A stretch of 64,000 bases of DNA from Bryobacterales bacterium (lineage in GTDB: Bacteria > Acidobacteriota > Terriglobia > Bryobacterales > UBA6623). The DNA lies in contig JAPPMG010000066.1 in the NCBI GenBank assembly GCA_028819215.1, forward strand, positions 110,946-174,945, given 5' to 3'. Under the pieces are notes generated by a model. The model had not been told where the DNA came from. It did no database searches and saw only the letters and a program-made list of their open reading frames with translations. The number at the start of each line of letters is the position of its first letter. Within the stretch, counting starts at the first letter, position 1. The translations under genes and the position numbers were made by a program. Of this stretch, positions 38,148 through 47,765 are shown in pieces.

Positions 38148-39437
38148 ATGGCGAGGATGGAGCGCGCCCTGCCCGCCAATATCTACAAGACCGTGCTCCC
38201 CAACGGCTTGCGGGTTGTCACCGAATCGATGCCCGCGGTCCGCTCTGTTTCGTTGGGCGTGTGGCTCAACGCCGGTTCCCGGCATGAGACCGATCCCGAG
38301 AGCGGGATCACCCATTTCATCGAGCACATGGTGTTCAAGGGCACCAACCGCTTCTCAGCGCGCGAACTGGCGTGTGAGATCGACGGACTGGGTGGGAATC
38401 TCGACGCGTTCACGTCGAAGGAGACCACAGCGTTCACCGCCAAGGTGCTGGACGAGCACTGGCCGCGTGCCCTGGACATACTCGCCGACATGGTGCAGAA
38501 CCCAACCCTCGCAGAGGACGAGATCGAGCGCGAAAAGGGAGTCATCCTCGAAGAACTCAAGATGGACGAGGACAACCCGGACTACCTGCTGGGCACCATC
38601 TTCGCGGGCAGCTTCTGGCGCGGCCACGGCATGGGACGACCCGTCATCGGCACGCAGGAGTCCATCCGGGGCTTTCGCCGGAGCCGCTTGCGACAGTTCT
38701 TCGCGGACACGTTTCGCGCTTCCAACCTAATGCTCGCTGCGGCGGGCAATATCGACCACGACGAGTTCGCGCGCGCGGCGGAACGGCACTTCGGCGGTCT
38801 CGCAGGCACCGGCATGGCCGAACCCGAGCAACCGCCGCAGGGCCAAGCGGAAATCGTACTCCGCGACAAGCCATCTCTGGAGCAGGTTCACGTACTGCTT
38901 GGCGTGGAAACCTTCTCCGCACTCGATCCCAGGCGATTCGCCGGACTGGTACTCAGCACGCTGCTCGGCGGCGGCTTCAGCTCCCGCCTGTTCCAGAAGA
39001 TTCGCGAGGAGGCTGGACTGGCCTACAGCGTCTATTCCGACCTGGGCCTGTATTCCGATGCCGGGTGCCTCTCGGTAGGGGCAGGCACTTCGCTCGAAGC
39101 CCTGCGCACAGTGCTGCAGTATGCGCTGCGGGAATTCCGGGACCTCAAGGACAGACGGGCACCAGAACCTGAGATCCGGAGAGCGAAGGACCACCTCAAG
39201 GGCAGCCTGATGCTGAGCTTGGAATCTACCAGCAGCCGCATGGCGAACTTGGCGCGCCAAGAAGCGATCCACGGCCACGTCCGCACGCTCGACGAGATCA
39301 GTGACCAAATCGAGTCCGTGACCGCTCCCGAGGTCGAGGCGCTGGCTAACGAATGGTTCCAGCAAGATCGCATCGCGTTGACCGTGCTCGGCAACTTGGA
39401 CGGCTTGCGGATCGAGCGCGCAGACCTCGCTTGCTGA
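38148..39437 (+). CDS. M16-family zinc peptidase (pitrilysin-like), no signal peptide
   Basis: Inverted zinc motif 'HFIEHMVFKGT'. Typical N-terminus 'LPNGLRVVTE'. Length is about 430 aa. Confidence 0.9.
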   Translation: MARMERALPANIYKTVLPNGLRVVTESMPAVRSVSLGVWLNAGSRHETDPESGITHFIEHMVFKGTNRFSARELACEIDGLGGNLDAFTSKETTAFTAKVLDEHWPRALDILADMVQNPTLAEDEIEREKGVILEELKMDEDNPDYLLGTIFAGSFWRGHGMGRPVIGTQESIRGFRRSRLRQFFADTFRASNLMLAAAGNIDHDEFARAAERHFGGLAGTGMAEPEQPPQGQAEIVLRDKPSLEQVHVLLGVETFSALDPRRFAGLVLSTLLGGGFSSRLFQKIREEAGLAYSVYSDLGLYSDAGCLSVGAGTSLEALRTVLQYALREFRDLKDRRAPEPEIRRAKDHLKGSLMLSLESTSSRMANLARQEAIHGHVRTLDEISDQIESVTAPEVEALANEWFQQDRIALTVLGNLDGLRIERADLAC

Positions 39438-39720
39438 ACGGCGGACTCCAAGCGCCTCCTGCTATCGCGGTGCCCTGAATCGAGCCCGTCGGATGGCCTT
39501 ACCTCGTCCGTCACGCACTACGGGCTCCCGAGCGGCTTGAGTCAAGCCGAACGGCATATGCGATTCCACCGAACTGTCCGGCGGGCACGCGAACCCTACC
39601 ACTCAACTGCGGCCAAGCCCATCTCGGACAGGCCGGTCCTTGATGGCCATGGCGCTGTCAGGTGCCTCACGGTCCCGATATACAATCGTGCCTGCCCGCG
39701 AGATCCTTGTGTCCACATCA

Positions 39721-40091
39721 ATGCGCCATCAGCTGGTCGCCGTGACCGCCCTGCTCGCAGCGAGAGGCCGCAAACGCGGCTTGGACGCGGACACCATCCC
39801 CGCGGGCGACGATGCCCTGCACAACAACGTCCCGTGGTGCGTGATCCTGGCCGAAGGCCGCCTCCAGCACATCCGCCCGCTGATCAACGCTGCGCAGGAG
39901 CGCTACGCCTTGCACGCCCCGACTCGGTGGGGTTGGACAGCCTTGCGATCAAGCCTGAATACCGAGAGCGCCTCGTGCAGATGCCGAAACTGGCTATCGG
40001 GGAGTTGCGGAACGACGACGCTGGTTTCGCAGACGCCAGGCCAGCGGTGCGAGAAGTCCGCTGGGACGTTCTGAGGAGAGATGCAGGCTGA
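39721..40091 (+). CDS. Small hypothetical gene that needs a frame switch near 39915 (possible frameshift or pseudogene)
   Basis: The codons from ATG 39721 look coding (ctg gtc gcc gtg acc gcc ctg ctc ...) up to about 39915. After that the neighbouring frame looks coding ('DSVGLDSLAIKPEYRERLVQMPKLAIGELRNDDAGF..') and ends at 40091, overlapping the pyrE-like ATG by 11 nt. No family was recognised. Confidence 0.3.
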
Positions 40092-40746
40092 CCCCATCCT
40101 CGACGCGTTCTGGCGCCGAGGCCTGATCCTGCTCGGCGCCCGAGTGCGCCAAGAGTACGGGCTCAATACGCCAATCTTCATTGACCTGCGGCACGGGCTT
40201 TACGACGACCTCGACCTGTTGCAGGCCCTGGGCGCAGCCTTGCACCGCGAGATCTTTGCCCTAGCGGGCGATTCGGGGCGGCCGCAGCAAGTCGTGGGGA
40301 TACCGGACACGGCCACGCCGCTGGCGCTGGCCGCGGCGCTGGCCTCGCGCGGCACGGATCAGCCCCTAGCATACGGCCAGCTGCGCAAGCAGCGCGCTGC
40401 CTACCCGGGCGGGCACTATGGCAGCAGCGCGTACATGGGGACATGCGACACCGAGCGCGAGATCACGCTGATCGACGACGTCATAGCGTCTGGCGCGACG
40501 AAGGTCTGGTCCACTGCCTACTTGCGCGAGGTCGGGTTGGAAGTCGCGCGGGTCTTGGTTGTCGTTGATCGCGAGCAGGGCGGCGACCGCGGCCTCCGCG
40601 AGAAAGGCTATCCGGTTCACAGCCTTTACCGCATCAGCGATGTGATCGCCTACTACTTGGAGCGGGACATGGTCGACGAGGAATCAGCCCGGGCTGCGCT
40701 CGGACACGTCAGGCGCAAGGGCCCGGACGCTGCGGAAACCACCTAG
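40081..40746 (+). CDS. Orotate phosphoribosyltransferase-like type I PRTase
   Basis: PRPP-binding motif 'ITLIDDVIASGATK'. N-terminal 'GLILLGARVRQEYGLNTPIFIDLR' resembles PyrE 'G.F.L.SG..SP.Y.D.R'. An AGGAGA Shine-Dalgarno sequence precedes the ATG. Confidence 0.65.
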   Translation: MQADPILDAFWRRGLILLGARVRQEYGLNTPIFIDLRHGLYDDLDLLQALGAALHREIFALAGDSGRPQQVVGIPDTATPLALAAALASRGTDQPLAYGQLRKQRAAYPGGHYGSSAYMGTCDTEREITLIDDVIASGATKVWSTAYLREVGLEVARVLVVVDREQGGDRGLREKGYPVHSLYRISDVIAYYLERDMVDEESARAALGHVRRKGPDAAETT

Positions 40747-40912
40747 CAGCGGGCTTGCACGCTGCGAACCGCCCACAAGTCGCTCTGAAGTGGCCAACAC
40801 TTGTTCTATCGGTCACGCGCTACCGGAATGACCGGCGGTTGCGGCTATAGTGTTGCCCATCCGCCCGGTCGGGGAAGTCACCCATCGGCCTGGTCGAACA
40901 AGACTCCACGCC

Positions 40913-41923
40913 ATGCGAATCGTCACACTCGCGCTGGCCAGCGCAGCCGCGCTGGCGCAGCTCCAAGCTGCAACCACCGAAAGCCCGCTCGACCGCAGGG
41001 ATCTCAGCGGGGGAACCAGAGTTACCTCTAGCGCAGCGCCGTTCTTGGTGTTCCTTGAGACCAACTACGGTCGCTATTACGGCGGATGCCTGGGAACGTT
41101 GATCTCAAATAGCTGGACCGTGACCGCCGCGCATTGTATTGACGCAACCGGCGGCCGCCAAATCACCGTCCGGCACATCAGCGGCTCCGAAGAGCGAAGA
41201 TTCGCCCGCCCGCCGGGCCGGGCCGACGAAAGGCGGCACATCACGATCCACGTGCACGCGGATTACGAACCAGCGCCCCCCCAGAGCTGGGAAGATGTTG
41301 GAGCCGACATCGCGCTGCTGAGGCTTCCAAGACCGTTCCAAGGCTCGAGAATCGCGCCGGCACGCCTGCCGACTTTAGCCGAGGCGCTCACGATCCAGCC
41401 CGGCCTGACTGTCCGAACAATCGGCAAGACCGGACGCCGCAGCGCGGCCAGCGCCGACTGGCCGATCTAGACCGAGCCGCACGCCTCAGTGATGACCATA
41501 CGGACCGATCCGGGATCGCGGTTTATCGAGCTCGGCGACAGCGTCGGGCCAACGCTAATGAAGGTCGGTAGCGAATGGGTGCTCATCGCCCTGAACAGAG
41601 GCGCAGATACCGAAGGGCAGGCACGTTACGACGCAGTCAACATCAGCTACCACCGCGAATGGACCGCCGGCCTGGGCGTAGACGGGATCGAGCCGCCAGA
41701 CTCGCAACCGCCGACACCGCCAGCGCCGCCGAGCACGCCCGAGTCGCGACCGCGAGGCAAGATCACGCTCACGTTCGAAACCGAGAACCTGGCCGGGCTA
41801 ACCTGCACCTTCGAGACCAGTGACGGTGCCAGCACGCGCGTAAGCGGCAGCAACAGCCGAAGCAGCATCAGCTGGAACCTCACCGGCCCGTTTCGCAGGA
41901 ACATCACAGTCGAATGCGAATGA
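40913..41923 (+). pseudogene. Secreted trypsin-like (S1) serine protease interrupted by an in-frame TAG at 41468-41470
   Basis: Signal peptide 'MRIVTLALASAAALAQLQA'. The His motif 'SWTVTAAHC' and Asp motif 'GADIALLRL' are in ORF 40850-41470. The Ser motif 'GDSVGP' (canonical GDSGGP) is in ORF 41489-41923, which is in the same reading frame 6 codons after the TAG. Confidence 0.6.
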
Positions 41924-42247
41924 GCCGGGGAAGATAGGGCTGCAACAATCCAGTCCGATTTGCGAAGACCGGTTTGAGCCAGGACCGCGAATCTGTTGCG
42001 CAGCACGGCAACGATCGCGGAGCGCTCGCCAGACCAATACGTCAAGCGATTGCCGGGCGCGGATGTGCCCGGATTCCTGATCAGCGGCGGACCGTCCAAC
42101 TCTCGGCCGTCAACGCCAACAGCGACCATCGAGAGCTAGCCGAGCAGCGCGGCACACAGCCGCTACAAGAAGGCTCGGGCTGGTTCGTCGCATTGATGCT
42201 CCTCGAGTTCGCACGGTGCCCTCCGCGGGAAACCGTCAGCCCGCCTG

Positions 42248-43474
42248 TCACGCTCCGAAGAAGCCAGACAGGGCCACGAAACACATGTAGAACGAGAACA
42301 GCACCGTTACGCCCAGGCCCGCGTTGAGGGCGAGCGAGGGGCGGTCAGGCCCGCAAACCTCTTCCTTGTTCAGCAGTAGCAAGACAAATAGTGCCAGCAG
42401 CGGCATCGCGACCGGGCTAACCGCCTGCGAGGCGATCATGATCTGCACGGGCCTGCCTCCGAGCACAGGAACGACCAGTCCGAACAGCGCGGCTCCGACG
42501 ACCATCGCCCGAAAGGCCGACCCGCCCATCTTGCGGGGCAAGCCGAGGAAGTCCGCGGCCATCCAGGGCCCTAGCAGGTAGTTCGGAAACAGCGACGAGA
42601 GGCCGGCCGCGATGATGCCGATCACGAAGCCGCCCGTTGCCAGACCGCCTGCGAGCGGTTCCAAGGTCTTGACCATGTCGATTGCCGCGTCGATCTCCAA
42701 GCCCTGGCGGTGCAGCGTCCCTGCGGCGCAGGCCATGATGGCGGCGTTGATGAAGAACAGCAGCGTCATCGAGAACGCGGAGTCGCGGTTCACCACCGGC
42801 AGGTCGCTCGCCCTCCAGCCCTCTTCTTTCACCAGCACGCTGCGGGTGAACAACACCACCGACGCCATGGTCGTGCCGACCATGCCCGCGATCAGCAAGC
42901 GCGGATTGCCGGAAGTGGGAATGCTGGGCACCAAGCCGGAAACAAGCTCGCCCGCCCCGGGAAGGACCAGCGCGGAGGTGAAGAAGAACGCCAAGCCCAT
43001 TACTCCGACCAGCGCTGCCAAGACCTTGAGGAAGAACCCGTGGCGACCGACCCAGTACAGGCCGAGCAGGAAAGCAGTGAACAGGATGGCCGCCAGCAAG
43101 GGATCGGCCGCGATCCCCAGGGCCGAAGAACACCATTCGCTGAAGACATCCACCACGATGGCCATCACGCCGATGATGGACGTGAGCTGCGTGGCCACGA
43201 GCGAGAGGATCATCAACACGGTGACAGGCGTGCCGAAGTGACGCCGGAACAGATACAGCAGGGTCTGGCCAGACAGGATCGTGAGCCGACTGATGCCGAC
43301 GATCATCAAGTGCGTGAACACCGAGGCCAGCGCCAGCGTCCATGTCAGCGACATGCCATAGCTGGCCCCGGCCGAGCTCATCGTCGTGACACTGCCCGTG
43401 CCCACGACGTAGCCGATGATGAAGATGCCCGGCGCCAAGCTGGCAACCGTGCGCTTGACGCGCTTCCAGTCCAT
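42248..43474 (-). CDS. Nramp/SLC11-superfamily transporter, divergent (canonical metal-site residues absent)
   Basis: 'APGIFIIGYVVGTGSVTTMSSAGASYGMSLTW' aligns with the MntH TM1 region '[32 protein letters not shown]'. About 11 hydrophobic segments in 408 aa. The DPGN motif is replaced by (V)GTGS, and the TM6 motif 'GATIMPH' by 'GTTMASV'. Confidence 0.75.
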   Translation of the reverse strand: MDWKRVKRTVASLAPGIFIIGYVVGTGSVTTMSSAGASYGMSLTWTLALASVFTHLMIVGISRLTILSGQTLLYLFRRHFGTPVTVLMILSLVATQLTSIIGVMAIVVDVFSEWCSSALGIAADPLLAAILFTAFLLGLYWVGRHGFFLKVLAALVGVMGLAFFFTSALVLPGAGELVSGLVPSIPTSGNPRLLIAGMVGTTMASVVLFTRSVLVKEEGWRASDLPVVNRDSAFSMTLLFFINAAIMACAAGTLHRQGLEIDAAIDMVKTLEPLAGGLATGGFVIGIIAAGLSSLFPNYLLGPWMAADFLGLPRKMGGSAFRAMVVGAALFGLVVPVLGGRPVQIMIASQAVSPVAMPLLALFVLLLLNKEEVCGPDRPSLALNAGLGVTVLFSFYMCFVALSGFFGA

Positions 43475-43565
43475 TCCGGCGCAAGCATATCACCACGCCC
43501 AGGACAAGTTCCGGGCGGGTGCGACACGCCGCCATACGCGCTTGCGTCATACTCAACTGAAGGCT

Positions 43566-45137
43566 ATGCAGATTCTGGTTTTGCGATTCCTCACGCTAGC
43601 GCTGGTGTTGGCCGCCACTTTGGCCGCGCAGCGCGTCGAAGTCGAAGAACTCACCCTCGATAACGGCTTGACGTTCCTGTTGTTGCCGAGAGAGGGCGAC
43701 CCGAACGTCGCTGCCGGCTGGATCTCGAAGTTCGGGTCCGTCAACGAGAGGCCCGGAGTAACCGGCGTGGCTCACCTCTTCGAGCACATGATGTTCAAGG
43801 GCAGCCATGCCATCGGCACCAAGGACCTCGAGCGCGACCTCGAAATCATGGACGAACTCGACCGGCTGTACGCCCAGATGGAATCCGAACGGGCCAAGCT
43901 GCTGGAGAAGGAGCGGCGCGGGCTCGTCGCCGATGCCGACGATCCGGCTGTGCGCAGCCCCGAGCACAGCGAGCTCTTGGAACGCTTCAGCCAGCTCATC
44001 GCCGAACAGCAGGAATTGATCGTCAAGGACGAGTTCTCGCAGATCTACACCCTCAACGGTGGCTCGGGAATGAACGCGGGCACCAGCAACGACTACACGA
44101 TCTACTTCATCAACGTGCCGTCCAACAAGCTGGAGCTGTGGTTCTGGATGGAATCTGACCGGCTGGCCAAGCCTGTCTTCCGCCAGTTCTATGCCGAGCG
44201 AGACGTGGTCAAGGAAGAGCGTCGGCTACGTGTTGACTCCACGCCGACCGGCAAGCTCAACGAGCAGTTGGAGTCCATGTTCTGGCAGGCCTCGCCGTAC
44301 AGCTGGCCGGTGATCGGCTGGCCCTCCGATCTGAATTCCATCACCCGCGATGAGGCCATGGAGTATTTCGACACGTACTACGCGCCCAACAACTTGGTAG
44401 CGGCGCTGGTCGGCGACTTTGACGTCGAACAGGTCAAGCACCTAGCGCAGAAGTATTTCGGGCGGCTGGAGCGCAACGAGCGCGAACCGGGCGCCGTGCG
44501 CACGCGCGAGGTCGAGCAACAGGCCGAGCAGCGGCTCAGCGGACAGGCCGAGACGCGCCCGCAGGCCAGTATCCGCTTCCACACGGTCCCGGACGCCCAC
44601 GTCGACGAGCCCGCCTTGATCGTGCTGTCGTCGCTGCTGAACGGCCGCACCGGCCGGCTCTATAAGTCCCTTGTGCTAGAGAAGCAGGTGGCCGTGCAAG
44701 CCGGGGCGGGAGTCGACGGGCGCAAGTACGACGGTTCGTTCCAAATCTCGGGAGTCGCGGCTCCCGGCTCGACCCCTGAAGACGTCGAGAAGGCGTTGCT
44801 GGAAGAGCTGGGCCGCATCGCCAGCGAACCGGTGGGCGAGCGCGAGTTGCAAAAAGTCAAGAACCAGCAGCTCGCGGGCGACTTCCGCAAGCTGCAATCG
44901 AAGTTCGGACTGATGATGCAGCTGCTGGTCTACGAAGCGCTGGGCGAGTGGGAAAACATCAATGTCTTCTCGGACCGCATTCAGGCCGTGACACCGGAGG
45001 ACATCCAGCGTGTGGCCAAGAAGTATTTCACCGAGACGAACCGCACCGTGGCCCTGTACTACACCAAGGAGGGTGCCGGCCCGCCCGGAGGTAGACGTGG
45101 CGGGCGCGGGCGCGGTCCGCAGGGAGGTCGACCATGA
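43566..45137 (+). CDS. M16-family zinc peptidase, secreted (active subunit)
   Basis: The ATG at 43566 gives the signal 'MQILVLRFLTLALVLAATLAAQ'. Zinc motif 'HLFEHMMFKGS'. ATGA overlap with the next M16 gene. Confidence 0.9.
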   Translation: MQILVLRFLTLALVLAATLAAQRVEVEELTLDNGLTFLLLPREGDPNVAAGWISKFGSVNERPGVTGVAHLFEHMMFKGSHAIGTKDLERDLEIMDELDRLYAQMESERAKLLEKERRGLVADADDPAVRSPEHSELLERFSQLIAEQQELIVKDEFSQIYTLNGGSGMNAGTSNDYTIYFINVPSNKLELWFWMESDRLAKPVFRQFYAERDVVKEERRLRVDSTPTGKLNEQLESMFWQASPYSWPVIGWPSDLNSITRDEAMEYFDTYYAPNNLVAALVGDFDVEQVKHLAQKYFGRLERNEREPGAVRTREVEQQAEQRLSGQAETRPQASIRFHTVPDAHVDEPALIVLSSLLNGRTGRLYKSLVLEKQVAVQAGAGVDGRKYDGSFQISGVAAPGSTPEDVEKALLEELGRIASEPVGERELQKVKNQQLAGDFRKLQSKFGLMMQLLVYEALGEWENINVFSDRIQAVTPEDIQRVAKKYFTETNRTVALYYTKEGAGPPGGRRGGRGRGPQGGRP

Positions 45138-46630
45138 AGCGCCGGGACTGGATCAAGACAGCCGCAGGCGGCGCTCTGGCGACGCTGGCACAAGCCCAGG
45201 ACGGCCTGCCTGAGCACCCCCGGGACCTAGTCTTCCCCAAGCTCTCGTACGACCCTCCCGACCCGTCGGAGTACCGCCACGAGCTGGACTCGGGGGCGGT
45301 GGCGTACTTGGTGGAAGACCACCAGCTGCCGCTGGTGTCAATCGGGCTGACGCTGCGGGCGGGTTCGTACGAAGTGCCGGCCGCGAGCGCGGGCTTGGCC
45401 GGATTCACCGGCAGCCAGATGCGCTCAGGCGGCACCACCAATCTCAGCGCTCAGGACTTCGACGAGGAAGCGGCCTTCCTCGCGACGCGCATTGGCGCGA
45501 ACATCGGGACCACGTCTGGCGGCGGCTCGGTCAATTGCTTGACGCAAAACCTCGACCGCTCGCTCGAACTGTTCTTCGACATGCTCAAGCACCCCGGCTT
45601 CGAGGCCGAGCGGCTTGAGATTGCCCGAGCTCAGACCATGCAGGGACTGGCCCGCCGCAATGACCGGCTGGACCGGATCCAGTCGCGCGAGTTTCGCCGG
45701 CTCACGTACGGGGACCACTTCACCACCATCCAATCAACGCAGGCTTCGATCGAGTCGATCTCTCGGGAAGCCATGCAAGCATTCCACGCCCGGAGCTTCG
45801 ATCCGCGGCGGATGTTCTTCTCGGTGTCCGGCGACTTCGACACCCAGGACATGATCCGGCGGCTCAACGAGGCCCTGGCGGACGGCTGGCCGGTTGGCCC
45901 GGCCGAACCGGCCGAGATCCCGGCCCCGTCGCACGAACCGCAGCCGGGCGTCTACATGGTCGACAAGACCAGCCGGGACGTAAACCAGTCCCACGTGATC
46001 CTCGGGCACCTGGGAATACACCGGTTCGACCCCGATGCCTTCAAGGTGCGCATCATGAATTCGGTCCTGGGCGGGGGCGGCTTCACTTCCCGCATCATGG
46101 TGCGCGTCCGCTCGGACGAGGGCTTGGCGTACAGCGCCTATTCCCGCTTCCAGCCGGGCACGTACTATCCCGGAACCTTCTCGGCCGGCTTCCAGTCGCG
46201 GAACGCGACGTGCGCCCAAGCGGCAGCGATCGTGGTCGAGGAGATCGAGCGCATGCAGAACGACAAGATCACGGCTAGGGAACTGGACACGGCCAAGAAC
46301 TACCAAATCGAGATCTTTCCGCGCTTCTTCGCCACCGCTGGCCAAGTCGCCGGGACTTTCGCGAACGACGAGTTCACCGGACAGAAGAAGGACTATTGGA
46401 AGACGTATCGCGAACGCGTTGGCGACGTCAGTGTCGACGACGTGCTCGAGGCCGCCCAACAGCACCTGCATCCGGGCAAGTTGGTCGTGCTGGCCGTCGG
46501 CGACCGAGAGGCCATGCTTAAGGGCAACCCGGACAAGCCGGAATTCAGTTTTGAGAAGCTTTCCGGCGACTCCGGCATCCGGGCGATTCCGCTGCCCGAC
46601 CCGCTAACGATGCAATACCCCGAAGCGTAG
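45134..46630 (+). CDS. M16-family peptidase-like protein lacking HxxEH (probable non-catalytic partner), Tat signal
   Basis: 'MKRRDWIKTAAGGALATLAQA'. It has M16-like architecture and is translationally coupled to the upstream active M16, but no HxxEH motif is visible. Confidence 0.75.
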   Translation: MKRRDWIKTAAGGALATLAQAQDGLPEHPRDLVFPKLSYDPPDPSEYRHELDSGAVAYLVEDHQLPLVSIGLTLRAGSYEVPAASAGLAGFTGSQMRSGGTTNLSAQDFDEEAAFLATRIGANIGTTSGGGSVNCLTQNLDRSLELFFDMLKHPGFEAERLEIARAQTMQGLARRNDRLDRIQSREFRRLTYGDHFTTIQSTQASIESISREAMQAFHARSFDPRRMFFSVSGDFDTQDMIRRLNEALADGWPVGPAEPAEIPAPSHEPQPGVYMVDKTSRDVNQSHVILGHLGIHRFDPDAFKVRIMNSVLGGGGFTSRIMVRVRSDEGLAYSAYSRFQPGTYYPGTFSAGFQSRNATCAQAAAIVVEEIERMQNDKITARELDTAKNYQIEIFPRFFATAGQVAGTFANDEFTGQKKDYWKTYRERVGDVSVDDVLEAAQQHLHPGKLVVLAVGDREAMLKGNPDKPEFSFEKLSGDSGIRAIPLPDPLTMQYPEA

Positions 46631-46647
46631 TCGGAGCGAGCGGGCGC

Positions 46648-47523
46648 TCAGCGGCCCAGCTGGTCCCGGATCCTGCGGTAGATGGCCTGAGTGGCGGTGG
46701 AGTGGTTCAGCGTGTAGAAGTGCAGCCCGGCGACGCCCTCGGCTAGCAGGTGCCTGCACTGGGCGGTGGCGTGGTCGATGCCAACCGCCCGGATTTGGGC
46801 GGGGCTCGCCTGCACCGCCTCGAGTCGGGCCAGCAACTCGGCCGGTATCCGCGCGCCGCACATCGTGGCAAAGCGCTGGGTCTGGCTGAGGCTTCGAACC
46901 GGCATGATGCCGGCCAGCACCGGCACCGAGATTCCCGCCGCGACAGCCCGGTCGCGAAACCTGAGGAAGTCATCGTTATCGAAGAAAAGCTGGGTGATCA
47001 GGAAGTCGGCCCCGGCATCGACCTTGCGCTTGAGGTTTGCAAGATCGTCTTCGGGGCTGGCAGCCTCGGGATGGGTCTCCGGGTAGCATGCGGCACCCAG
47101 GCAGAAGCTGTAGCGCTGGCGAATGAAGCCGACCAGTTCGTTGGCGTAGCGAAATCCGCCAGGGACAGCCTCGAAGCGGTCTGAACCTCTCGGCGGGTCG
47201 CCCCGCAGCGGCAGGACATTCTCGATCCCGTCGGCGTCGAGCGAATCAAGCACGTCCGCGATGTGCTCGCGCGTCGCTCCCACGCAGGTGATGTGGGCCA
47301 TCGCCTCGATGCCCGCATCACGCTTGATGCGCTTGACCAGCTCGACGGTCTTGTGGCGCGTGGTGCCACCGGCGCCGTATGTCACCGAGACGTAACTCGG
47401 GCGTAGCGAGCGGAGGGCATCAATCGTCTCGAAGAGGGGGCCGAATCCATCTTCTTCCTTCGGCGGAAAGAACTCGAAGGAGACCGTCGGCGATCCGGTC
47501 GCGAGCATGTGGCGGATCTTCAT
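46648..47523 (-). CDS. metF: 5,10-methylenetetrahydrofolate reductase
   Basis: 'VSFEFFPPKEEDG', 'VSVTYGAGGTTR' and 'ITQLFFDNDDFLRFRDR' are typical MetF motifs. Length is 291 aa. Confidence 0.93.
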   Translation of the reverse strand: MKIRHMLATGSPTVSFEFFPPKEEDGFGPLFETIDALRSLRPSYVSVTYGAGGTTRHKTVELVKRIKRDAGIEAMAHITCVGATREHIADVLDSLDADGIENVLPLRGDPPRGSDRFEAVPGGFRYANELVGFIRQRYSFCLGAACYPETHPEAASPEDDLANLKRKVDAGADFLITQLFFDNDDFLRFRDRAVAAGISVPVLAGIMPVRSLSQTQRFATMCGARIPAELLARLEAVQASPAQIRAVGIDHATAQCRHLLAEGVAGLHFYTLNHSTATQAIYRRIRDQLGR

Positions 47524-47765
47524 CGACGAGACACCTCAGCCTATCACGGGGATTCTCAATGGCGGCGCGAGCGGGCGCGGTGGACCGTCACCTAAGCCGG
47601 CCTTCGGCCATCTACTCCTTGTCGAACGCCAATCCGCACGCTAGAGCAACCCTGGCCGCTTCTTCCCGATTGAAGGCACTGCATCTTGGTGCCCGAACGC
47701 CATTCGAAGCAGAAGCCATGTCACAGGCAGCGTGAACTCACGGAGTCGTGGTTCCTATGTGCTTG

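Noticed and set aside
39524-39540. Palindrome CGGCTTGAgTCAAGCCG downstream of the first M16 peptidase gene, as a possible terminator.
   Set aside because: It lies about 90 nt after the stop codon, lacks a U-tract and has a 1-3 nt loop. That is not enough support for a terminator or operator call.
39560-39610. tRNA-like string 'GGTAGGGTTCGCGTGCCC' (minus strand), and a similar 'AGGGTTCGCAGGATCCT' at about 49845-49865 that could mark a tRNA or att site next to the islet.
   Set aside because: No acceptor, D or anticodon arms can be folded around either string, and the putative T-loops are non-canonical. They were not called as tRNA or tRNA fragments.
41924-42247. A 324 nt gap between the protease locus and the Nramp-like gene, containing the ORFs 41974-42327(+) and 42081-42284(-).
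   Set aside because: The translations are Arg-rich with no motifs, and no start context or RNA structure was recognised. The gap was left unannotated and may be decayed sequence.
47524-47765. Possible SAM riboswitch in the 242 nt leader upstream of metF (minus strand).
   Set aside because: I reverse-complemented the region and found no SAM-I core (GAGGGA...GCAACC) and no SAM-II-like pseudoknot signature. Only weak short hairpins are present. A covariance-model scan (Rfam/Infernal) would be needed to settle this.
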